A stretch of DNA of 64,000 bases, taken from contig CBDIQK010000015.1 in assembly GCA_965283985.1 (NCBI GenBank), positions 381 to 64,380 on the forward strand, given 5' to 3'. Under the pieces are notes generated by a model. It made no database searches, had not been told where the DNA came from, and worked only from the letters and a program-made list of their open reading frames with translations. This DNA is from Sediminibacterium sp. GTDB lineage: Bacteria > Bacteroidota > Bacteroidia > Chitinophagales > Chitinophagaceae. A program made the position numbers and the translations under genes. This document shows, piece after piece, positions 1-9,538 of the stretch (positions within the stretch are counted from its first letter, which is position 1; each line of letters begins with the position of its first letter).

Positions 1-136
1 TCATGATTCTATACCAAGATGAGGTAAAAGCGGCCCACCGTCTGAAGGAATCAGTCAGAACTTTCTGAAAAATTCAAACTAATAAATTCTTGGTAGTAGA
101 CTAGGAATGTAGGAACTTATGCCCCCTTTCCAAATT

Positions 137-457
137 CTACACTCCAGGATGTCTGTACTTAACAGATAAGGTTGTTGCTTTGTCAAGTTCTTCAGGCTCT
201 ATTAAAAGTGTCACTTTTATGGAACCCATTCCACTTGCTTTTATAGACAGGGCAATAGCTGCTGCTGCAGCAGAATCAGGCAATTCACAGATGACATAGG
301 CATCACAATTATTGATGTAATAAAATGACTCCATTGTACCACCCAAATGGCTAATCATGGTTTCTGTCATTTTCTTTCTATCCGAACCACCACCGTTTGT
401 AAGTACACCTTTTGCACCTTCAGCTGAATAAGAAGCTTCGATAAAGAATTTCATCAT
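137..457 (-). CDS. GYD domain-containing protein
   Basis: Intact 106 aa ORF. The pattern KFFIEASYSAEGAKG...LGGTMESFYY...DAYVICELPD...TLLIEPEELDKA is typical of the GYD family. Confidence 0.8.
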   Translation of the reverse strand: MMKFFIEASYSAEGAKGVLTNGGGSDRKKMTETMISHLGGTMESFYYINNCDAYVICELPDSAAAAAIALSIKASGMGSIKVTLLIEPEELDKATTLSVKYRHPGV

Positions 458-614
458 TTAAATGTTTAATTGCCCTACTCATATGGCTTTTCGGATAGGC
501 CTCGTTTTTTAAAGTGATTGCTGGACTTCACTGACTGTTATTAATTGAAAAAAAAATGTTTTATATTAACAATCGGTATTCAAAAAACCGATAGTTATTA
601 TAAATACCGACTTC

Positions 615-1270
615 CTACTTACAATTTTCAAAAATGCTGACATGTTTGGCAAAATCTTTAAACTTTACTTCTTTTTCAGGCATTGCCATCAATTCAGGAC
701 AACTAGCAAAAATTTTATCAAAACTTTCCGTTTTATAATTTTTCTTCTCAACAAAAGAGGAGACACTCCGTTTATTACAATAATATAACTTCTAGAATCA
801 TTATAGTCTGTTGTTATACCTAAAATGGATGTACTTGATTTTGTACCTACTTTATGATCATAAACTTGAATTTTATTAGAAAACTCAAGTTTAATAATTC
901 TAATAACAAAAGTTTATCCGTTTTTTCAGGATAAGGTATTTGATTAAAAGTGATATACTCATTTTCAACTGCTTCATTTCCTTTTTTCTCATAAACCCAA
1001 ACATAGGCTTCGATATAAATTGTAAATGTCTTCACATTTTCAGGTTCAAATTTGATTGTTTCACCACTTGCACTATCCTTAATTCTAAGTTCCCTAATCC
1101 TCTAGCTTCCCATAGTGTGAAACTAGTAAATTTTCCATACGCAGTTTTACCATCAACAGTTGTTACTAAAACCTTTCCAGTAGGTGTCTCAGTCGGTGTT
1201 GCAAATTCTTGGGCTTTTGTAAATTGGCAAAAAAATAGAAATACAAAAAGAGAAAATAATTGTTTTGATT
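615..1270 (-). CDS. hypothetical secreted protein (frameshifted; start approximate)
   Basis: Joined frames read signal-like ..FLFFCQFTKAQEFATPTETPTGKVLV.., ETIKFEPENVKTFTIY.., and end FASCPELMAMPEKEVKFKDFAKHVSIFENCK* (TAG at 615-617). Confidence 0.5.
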
Positions 1271-1393
1271 TAAGTGATTTTTAAGTGGGGTTTTAAAATA
1301 AAAGTTATTGTAGGGATAAATTTTTAGTCGAAAATTTCGAATGAAAGGACTTACAAATTAATTAGGAAATGAAATCAGGAATTATTTGTATTC

Positions 1394-2425
1394 TTAATTT
1401 TTCAAATACATTTCCTCAGTTTTCTTGACATTCATTTTGTGCACCATGCGTAAGTCATAGACCGCATCTATCTTCAAAGCCATCACTTTAATGGTTACAT
1501 TAATTGGCCAAATGATGCTCTCATTGGTCAAACAAATAGAAAGATTGTTTTTTACAATATCCATTTTATCAAAGTCATTGACACTCTTTCTAAATTTGAT
1601 ATAATCATAGGATTTTCCTCTAAAAAGCGTTGGGATTATTTCCTTCCATTAGATAGAATAACACTTTTTCCCCTTTCTCTATGAAGCGTAAATAAGAATA
1701 GGAATCTAATATCATTGCCTTGAGTGGGTTGGAAGCAATTTTAAAATCCTTTGTAGCATTATTAGTACCTCTCATTAATTCTTTGGATGCTGATCTATAC
1801 AAATTTTCTCCTTCTTCTCCCACACCAATATAATATGCCCATGCAATGGTATTACTAGTAATGTAATAGGTTTGACAACTTTGTATGGCTTACTACTACC
1901 CATAGAATGAACTGTAATAACATCGTTCAACACTTCTTGAAAACTAGTATCAGACTTTACTGCAAATCGTTCTTGCACATCTGCATAACTGGTATCTAAA
2001 ATGGTGCGATTATATACAGTGGTATTAAATTTTCTAGTTGCTTCTAATTACTACCTGGGGATTCGTTGAATTTTGAACTTACAAAACCCTACCAGACAAA
2101 ATATTGGTATTGGTAAATCTAAATTTATAGACGCCAGTTTCTCTGATTTCCAATGAGTATTTGTTGGACAATTTTCTTGGTTTTGTATTCCATGAAAATT
2201 GATTGAGAAGGCATAAACATGATTTCAATTTCTTTTAGTTCCTTTCCATTTACCTCTTCAAAATTGAAAACTAGTTGGTCACCTTCTGCAAATCCATAGT
2301 AAAACACTTCATCAGCTTGAGAGGAAACTTTTAACCGTGTTTTCAGCTATATCAATGGGTGCTTCTGGGAAAAGAAACAGAATTGAGCAGGACATAAAAT
2401 TGCCAAAATACAGAATCCTGTACAT
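1394..2425 (-). CDS. hypothetical Bacteroidota secreted protein (frameshifted)
   Basis: Collinear fragments 2312-2503, 2125-2307, 1775-1978 and 1620-1823 (PIDIAENTVK, FYYGFAEGDQLVFNFEEVNGKELKEIEI). Ends MNVKKTEEMYLKN* at 1394-1396. Likely start is ATG 2425. Confidence 0.55.
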
Positions 2426-2503
2426 ATTAGGGGCTAGTGGGTTTACGCTGGCAAGATAAAATATATTTGGTATCAAGAAAATGAATATTATTTTATATAT
2501 CAT

Positions 2504-3581
2504 TTAATAAACTCTCCCAATGGTGTCACAGACTGCTTTTAACAAAGATAAACCATCATTTCTGTCTTGACCTTTCTCCCACATCATGATCCCATTACCC
2601 ATTGATTGGGCAAGTTTTGCTTTTAGCTTTACTGTAGGTATACCATTATAATAAATAGTATAGTTGGTAAAACCGCCGGCACTAACTACAGCAGAATCTG
2701 ACATTGCTGAGCCTGATCCACTTGTGATGGTATTATAAGTTAAAACTGTTCCTGTTTGCGTAATACCACTGGGTCTTCCATAAGCTGGAATGCCCAAAAC
2801 GGCTTTTGATGATGGTAGTACCTCTTGTATTAACCCAATAATTCAAAACAGGTTTGTGCCAAAGCCAAATCACTATGGTGTTTAAAAAAAGGAACAGTTG
2901 TATTAAAGTCATCATAAGCCATGATATTAAAAAAGTCTACCGTATTGTTGGTCCATAAATTGCTATTAATAGCGTCACGAACTGCACCTGAATATTTACC
3001 TGCGGTAATAGCAGCAGATAGATAATATTTTGCTCCTGTATGACAACTATCACTTAATTCTTTCATAAATGCGGCATAGGTTAGATCAGTACCATCATCC
3101 GTTCTGGGAAATTCCCAATCTACATCTACCCCATCCATACCATAGAGTCTTACCACTTGCATAATATTTTTCACAAACGCATTTCTTCCAGTAGAAGTGA
3201 TAGCCATACTTTTGAAATCAGCAGCAATACCAGAAATGCTGATGAAAATTTTTGCTCCATTAGCTTTTGCTTTTGCAGCAACTGCGAAGTTAACACAGCT
3301 GGACTTGCAACATATAATCCTCCAGTTGCTGCAACATTTGCAAAGGCACAATTGACCACATTACACATCCTAAACTTCTGATCAGTAATGGCAGTAGATC
3401 TCTATAACTAGGAAAATATCCAACAACATAAAAGCCAAAACCTGTTGGCGGGCTAATAGTCAATCCCCCGATGGTGGCTTGACAATTGTTGTGGTAGTTT
3501 GATCTTTTGCATACAAGCAGCAAGGATGAGAATCAATCCAAATAAAAAGAGATGCCTAGTTAAATTTTGACCATTTTTCAT
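2504..3581 (-). CDS. GH18 glycoside hydrolase (chitinase-like) lipoprotein (frameshifted)
   Basis: Catalytic DGVDVDWEFP (DxDxE), VVGYFPSY, FFNIMAYD, GIPAYGR and GIMMWEKGQD. Lipobox-like LILILAAC follows ATG 3581. Confidence 0.85.
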
Positions 3582-3687
3582 ACACACAAAATAATGATTA
3601 AAAAATTCAATTACAGCGATCTTAGAGAACCCATTTAAATCTTGCTGTAGCTGTCCCACTTTTCGGAATGACCTTGCCTTTGTTGGG

Positions 3688-5091
3688 TTATTTTCCGATA
3701 CAGAACTTTAGAAAAAATAAAATCTAACTGGTCTTCATTGGTAATTTCACCAGTAATCAAACCTAGATAATGTAGACACTGTCGAATATCCAGTGCAAGC
3801 AAACTCCAGTACACGTGCATGTCAAGACCATCTGCAACATCCTTCAAGCGATGCAGCTAATTGTTTGAGTGCATCGTGATGACGCGCATTGGTGACAATG
3901 GTAGCTTCTGCATTTAAATGGCCGTGAACTGCTTTGTTTACCAATGCTTTTTTGAGTGCATCAATTCCTTGACCTTGTTTTGCTGAGATAAAAATAATGT
4001 CGTAGCACCTGGCTAAAAGCCCTATAGAAGCGGGTTCTGCCGCATCAGACTTATTGGCAATGAGTAAAAATTTGATCCGTTCTTTTTCAAAAACGGAAAT
4101 CATCTCTTGTAACTCAATCAATGAAATCTCATTTTGATCAAATAAGTATAGGACCAAATCTGCCGCACGCATTTTTTCAAAACTCTTTTCAATGCCAATG
4201 GTTTCAATACTATCAGTACTATGTTCTCTGATACCTGCCGTATCAATTAGTCTAAAGAGAATACCGTCAATATTCAACACTTCTTCAATAGTATCGCGGG
4301 TGGTACCCGCCAATTCGCTCACAATGGCCCTGTTTTCATTCAATAGTGTATTCAACAAAGTTGATTTACCTGCATTGGGTTTGCACAATTTTATGGCTAC
4401 TTTGCACGCCAGCCTTTAATGGCATTACCTAATTGAAAAGAATCGCAACAACTGGTTGGTAGAGCTACTAAGTAATTGTATTAGTCTCAACCAGTTGATC
4501 CCTAATCTGCAAAACGCCATACTACGTCTTCTTGGAGAAAAATCCAATTCCAACCCTATGAGTGCAGAGAATTTAACTAACTCTTCTCTCAATTGGTGCA
4601 AGGCTGATGAAAAACCGCCGCGCATATTATTCAAAGCCGCTCTGGCGGCTAGCTTCTGTATTAGTGGCAATCCAGATCGGCTACTGCTTCTGCCTGGGTA
4701 AGGTCAAGTTTACCATTTAAAAAAGCCCGTTGGGTAAATTCTCCTGGCTTGGCCATGCGCACTCCTCTTGCATTAATTGCCTGAATCACTTTTTCAATAA
4801 TATAGGGCGACCCATGCGTACTAATTTCAATAGTGTCTTCTCCAGTATATGATTTGGGCCCTTTGAACAAAGACAGTACTACTTCATCCAAAGCATTCTC
4901 TTCCTCTCTTCAAATAACCTCACGTGTAGGGTATGAGAAGCTTGTGCTTCTAAATCCTTAGAAGGAAACAGGCTATTGATTACAGGAAATGCTTGTTTGC
5001 CGCTAATTCTAATCACGCCAATAGCACCTATTCCTGGAGCTGTGGCAAGTGCCACAATGGTATCATCCCAACCTATAAATTTTGAAGACAA
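3688..5091 (-). CDS. mnmE: tRNA uridine-5-carboxymethylaminomethyl(34) synthesis GTPase MnmE (frameshifted)
   Basis: [79 protein letters not shown] and the FCIGK* terminus at 3688-3690. Confidence 0.95.
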
Positions 5092-5105
5092 GGAATTATT
5101 TTTTG

Positions 5106-5113
5106 CAAAAATA
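5106..5113 (-). promoter_or_regulatory. Bacteroidota sigma-A -7 box (TATTTTTG) upstream of mnmE
   Basis: Matches TAnnTTTG, 14 nt before the TTG start. Confidence 0.5.
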
Positions 5114-5166
5114 GCGTTTCATGGCTTGGATAGACCAATCTGCTAAACCATTCTTGCAAGGAATCA

Positions 5167-5997
5167 CTATTCATCCTCAGAAACCCTAAAGCTAATGGCT
5201 TGCCTTTGGCGATATATAACCTTGGTTCCATTCTGTTCTTGCGGAATCCAATTAGGTCCTTTTTTAATAGCCCTAACTGCTTCTGCCCCTGTTCCATAAC
5301 CTGGATCAGTTTCTGACCTGTACTTCACTAATAACGCCTTCTTTATTTACCACAAATGAAACAACTACGGTATAAATCCCTGCCGGAGCCCCATTATTAA
5401 CGGGTAAATCTCTGTTGAGATTCTTTTCCAAGAACTTGGTCCAACCTGCTAGACCGTCGGGAAAACGGGCTTGAATTTGAACCGTTTTGAATTCTTTCAT
5501 AATCTAATGAAGGGCTTCTATTTGACTAGTTCCTGTAGCAGCTTCCATTGGTGCGGCAAACCTAAGCCCTGCTCTCTATCCTTCACATGTGCATTGCCTA
5601 TCTAGACACTTTTTCAAAGAAGAAGCTTCTACGGGCTTCATTTCGTCTTCTTCAGCAGCCAGTCTACATCTAGGTGCGGTCACGGCACGTTGTACCGCTC
5701 TGAGCGGCCACAACTATTTTTCTGCGGATGAGGAGCAATACTTTTCCCTTTTCCGCTTCTCTTTTCATAGCCATCTCAACACCACATCAATCATGGGTTG
5801 CTCCTGAATGAATTTTCTTGAACGATTGCCCCATAAATTCCCCAATATAAATAGTAGACAAATTAGGATGGTCTCCATTAATGCATATTCCATGCGCTTG
5901 TTATAATTCTACGCAAGTCATAAGCACCATAGTTTTTGTTTCGGCCCTCAAATAAGAGGTCAAGCAGTTCCGCTTGAAGGATTTGCATTTTTTCCAT
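5167..5997 (-). CDS. tonB: energy transducer TonB, second paralogue (heavily frameshifted)
   Basis: N-terminus reconstructs to QILQAELLDLLFEGRNKNYGAYDLRR. C-terminal domain ARFPDGLAGWTKFLEKNLNRDLPVNNGAPAGIYTVVVSFVV...SFRVSEDE* closely parallels the upstream TonB. Confidence 0.75.
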
Positions 5998-6104
5998 AAC
6001 GGTTGTTTTCAATGTGATGGAGCAACACAAATATTTCCATAAAACAAAACACAAATTAACATTGCCATTGTATTGAAAGGCCTGCTATAGTTGCGTTTCA
6101 GGGC

Positions 6105-6136
6105 AAAAAAAAGCCCCACTCAAACGAGTGGGGCTT
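6105..6136 (-). terminator. intrinsic terminator after tonB
   Basis: Perfect 11-bp stem AAGCCCCACTC/GAGTGGGGCTT with a 4-nt loop, followed by a U-run on the minus strand. Confidence 0.85.
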
Positions 6137-6155
6137 AAAAAATATCAGAAAGAAA

Positions 6156-6987
6156 TTATTCTTCAGATACTTGGAAAGTGATGCTTTGTTTGTGACGATA
6201 GATTACGTTTCTACCGTTTTGAACTGCAGCCTTCCAAGATGGTCCTTTTTTGATTACGCGAACAGCTTCTTCTTTGGTACCATAACCGGGATCATTCTCG
6301 GCTTGTACTTCAGAGATACCACCATTCTTGTCAACGATAAAGGAAACCACAACTGTGTATTTTCCGGGAGGTGCACCATTGTTTACAGGTAAATCCCTGT
6401 TCAAGTTACGCTCCAAATACTTAGTCCAAGCTGGCAAACCACCGGGGAACTCAGCAGGAATTTGTACTACGGTAAATACTTTATCGTAGTCTTCCTCTTG
6501 CTTAGGAGCTTCCACTTTACCAGTACCAGATTCAACAGGAGGAGCAACAATACCTTCGTCTTTTGTTCCTTCCTGGTTTACGGTACCAATCTTGGTATCT
6601 TCCAGTTTTTCTACTTCTTTAATTTCATCTTTTTCCTTTAACCTCTTCATCCTTCACAATTTTGGGAGGAGTGAATTTGGTGATTTCCACTTTTGGTGGC
6701 TCCTGTTTTGGAGGAGGCGGTGGCGGCGGTGGTTCAGGCTTCTTCTCTTCCTGCTTCATGTTCTCAAGATTAACGTCTTGAGCAATCACTTCAACAGCTT
6801 TTTTCTTGGAAGAATTTGCTACCACCGAGCCTACTATCAGCAACAGACAAACTGCTACAGTGCCTATCAATGCGTAAGTAATACGCTTATTGTAGGTCTT
6901 ACGCAGGTCGTAAGCGCCGTATGACTTGTTTCTACCCTCGAAAATAATATCGAGGATATCGGCTTTTAAAATTTGGTTTACATCCAT
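6156..6987 (-). CDS. tonB: energy transducer TonB (one frameshift near 6630)
   Basis: DIIFEGRNKSYGAYDLRKTY, a TM helix, a poly-Pro linker and C-terminal domain AEFPGG..VVVSFIVDKNG..AVRVIKKGPSWKAAVQNG. Confidence 0.92.
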
Positions 6988-7021
6988 GATTCAGTGTCTT
7001 TATTGGTAATATTCCACTTGT

Positions 7022-7573
7022 TTATTTTGCTGGAGCAGCTGCGCTTGCTGCTTCAGATACCTTCACCAATTGTGATTCAACTGATGAAATATCCACCAGT
7101 GCATAACGCTTACAAACATTAATAGCCATCTCATCTAGAATATCCACAACGTTACGGTAAGTACACTCTTCAGATGGTTTTAACACCACCACTAAATCCT
7201 TTTCAGGAGTACGAGCTTTCTTATCCAAAATCACATTGCGAATTTCTTTGAAAGTTGTGGATTTAAAGTTTGATGCGCTATTGTCCAATTGACCTTCATA
7301 GTAAAAAACGTTATCGTCTTTTCCTAAAAGGATGGTAATAACACCCGATTCTTTGGCCTTGTTCTGATCCTCAGGCTTGTCCGCATCTTTGGGCAAGTAG
7401 AGTTTCATAGCTGTAGGCTGACTCATGGTGGTGGTGAAGATGAAGAAAGTAATCAACAGGAACCCTAGATCCACCATTGGGGTAAGATCCACACGGGTAC
7501 TTAGTTTTTTACTCTTCTTGACCCCAGGTCCTTTTTTATGACCACCGCCACTCGAGGTATCCATTTCTGCCAT
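7022..7573 (-). CDS. exbD: biopolymer transporter ExbD
   Basis: RVDLTPMVDLGFLLITFFIFTTTM and YRNVVDILDEM. Confidence 0.93.
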   Translation of the reverse strand: MAEMDTSSGGGHKKGPGVKKSKKLSTRVDLTPMVDLGFLLITFFIFTTTMSQPTAMKLYLPKDADKPEDQNKAKESGVITILLGKDDNVFYYEGQLDNSASNFKSTTFKEIRNVILDKKARTPEKDLVVVLKPSEECTYRNVVDILDEMAINVCKRYALVDISSVESQLVKVSEAASAAAPAK

Positions 7574-7619
7574 GTCGGAAGAATTTATTTTTTTGAATAA
7601 TCTTGTTTACTTCTGTTCC

Positions 7620-8268
7620 TTATTCTGTCCTCTTCTCGCCTTTCATAGCACTTTTCCATAATTCAGTACCTACTGGTACGCTTTCTGGATTGGTGATCAT
7701 CTGAAATTTCAAAATATCATTCTTCTTGAATGCGTCTATCACATTCTTGAATGCTGGATATTTAGAAGCGTTATCCCCTTTCAATTGGATATTGGCTTTC
7801 TGGACCGCATAGGCGCTCAGAACTAGACCCATCCAAGTGGAAACTTCATTGTTTGAGGAATCTTTACAAGGAATACCTGGTAAGGCATTACCCTTGCGTC
7901 CTTCCTCAGGAATAGCAAGAAAAGCAGACAGCTCCACTGAATGGTGCTCCAAAGAAACCTGCTTTCTTGAACTTTTGTACGTCAAGGTTTAGGTTCTTGG
8001 TGGTATTCAGTGTATTAGCGATGACTTCCTTCTTGGATTCATCGTCCATGGAAATGAAAACCTTACCGTCTTTGTCGATGGTGATCAACACAATGTCCTT
8101 GGTTTCAGCAACTTTTGCTGCAACAGAACTAGGTGTAGTCACTGCAATGGCTTCCGCGGGTTTGAACTTTGTTGTCAAGATAAAGAATGACAACAAAAGG
8201 AACGCCACGTCACACATCGCCGTCATGTCGATATTGGTACTTTTCCGTGGTAATTTGGCTCTACCCAT
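7620..8268 (-). CDS. exbD: biopolymer transporter ExbD (frameshift near 7930)
   Basis: IDMTAMCDVAFLLLSFFILT in 7906-8268 joins LKGDNASKYPAFKNVIDAF in 7620-7985. Confidence 0.9.
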
Positions 8269-8333
8269 TGTTATTGATTTAAAATTTCACTAATTAGATT
8301 CAAAACTTTTTGCATTCCACAAATAATCAACGA

Positions 8334-9197
8334 TTATTTATAGTTAGCAGCAAAGCTCTGAGTCAAAGTGAAACCAGATTCGTCAATACCGTAAGTGATA
8401 CCATCAATACGAGTGGTGAACACGTTGTACATGATGATGGCAACAGCGGAAGTACCAATACCCAAAGCGGTGTTGTACAAGGCTTCAGAGATACCTTGAG
8501 ACAATTCACGAGCAGCTTCTCCACCACCTTCATCACCTAATTTAGAGAAAGAACGGATCATACCCATTACCGTACCCAATAGACCCAAAAGGGTTGCTAC
8601 TGACGCGATAGTAGACAAGAACACCAAGTTCTTTTCCAACATTGGCAATTCCAATGCAGTTGCTTCTTCAACTTCTTTTTGAATATTCAACACTTTTTGC
8701 TCAGTAGCCAATTCAGTGTTGGTGATCATTTCTTTGTATTTTTTTAGACCTGCTTTCATAACGTTTCCTACAGATCCTTTTTGCTTATCGCAAGCAGCAA
8801 GAGCCTTATCAACATCTTTGTTAGCTAGGTGAAATTGTACAGAACGCACAAATTCAGCAATGTTACCAGTTCCGTTTGCTTTAGTGATAGTCAAAAGACG
8901 CTCAATAACAAAAGAAACCACAATCAATAAACAACCAATCAAGATTGGTACAATGATACCACCTTCATACATTTTTGGTATTGCACCTTTAGGTCCTTTA
9001 TGGTTAGGCCAAAAACCACCATTTGGATCAGGAGTAGTGAAGTTGCCGTCGGCACCGATTACAAAGCGCCAAAGAACGTAACCGAGAACGATACAGGCAA
9101 TAGGAGCGATAGTTGCAACCAAGTTACCACTCTTTTTAGGTTGAGCGGAAGTTGCGGTTTTAGCAGCCGCTGGTGCAGTTGGTTTGATGTCAGCCAT
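8334..9197 (-). CDS. exbB: MotA/TolQ/ExbB proton channel protein
   Basis: LSTIASVATLLGLLGTVMGMIRSF and GISEALYNTALGI. First gene of the exbBDD-tonB operon. Confidence 0.93.
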   Translation of the reverse strand: MADIKPTAPAAAKTATSAQPKKSGNLVATIAPIACIVLGYVLWRFVIGADGNFTTPDPNGGFWPNHKGPKGAIPKMYEGGIIVPILIGCLLIVVSFVIERLLTITKANGTGNIAEFVRSVQFHLANKDVDKALAACDKQKGSVGNVMKAGLKKYKEMITNTELATEQKVLNIQKEVEEATALELPMLEKNLVFLSTIASVATLLGLLGTVMGMIRSFSKLGDEGGGEAARELSQGISEALYNTALGIGTSAVAIIMYNVFTTRIDGITYGIDESGFTLTQSFAANYK

Positions 9198-9538
9198 GAT
9201 TCAATTGATTTTTGGTTTTAAAAATTACAGTTGATTTAAAAATTGATTTCGCAATGTTACATAAAAATGTTTTGAAAAAACAAAACCTTTCAGACATTTT
9301 TTATTAGGGCTTACAAATTAGGTATTTTATTGAAACAGAAAACAAGAACGGGCGAATCTTTTTTGTTTTTTTTCAGCTCTGGCTGGATTTTAGCCAAAAA
9401 AGCTTTGAACTAGCAGCAGTTCAGCATTTCACCGATTTATTTTGCTTATTTTACCATTTATCCAAACGTTTCTCATTTTTGAATGTTGAACAGGCTGGAA
9501 AGCTATCTTTAATCTATCATTAAATTTTAAAACTACTT

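Noticed and set aside
1-68. Short plus-strand frame MILYQDEVKAAHRLKESVRTF*
   Set aside because: Possibly the end of a gene entering from the left, but too short to assign.
6705-6740. GGAGGAGGCGGTGGCGGCGGTGG low-complexity repeat
   Set aside because: It simply encodes the TonB poly-proline linker.
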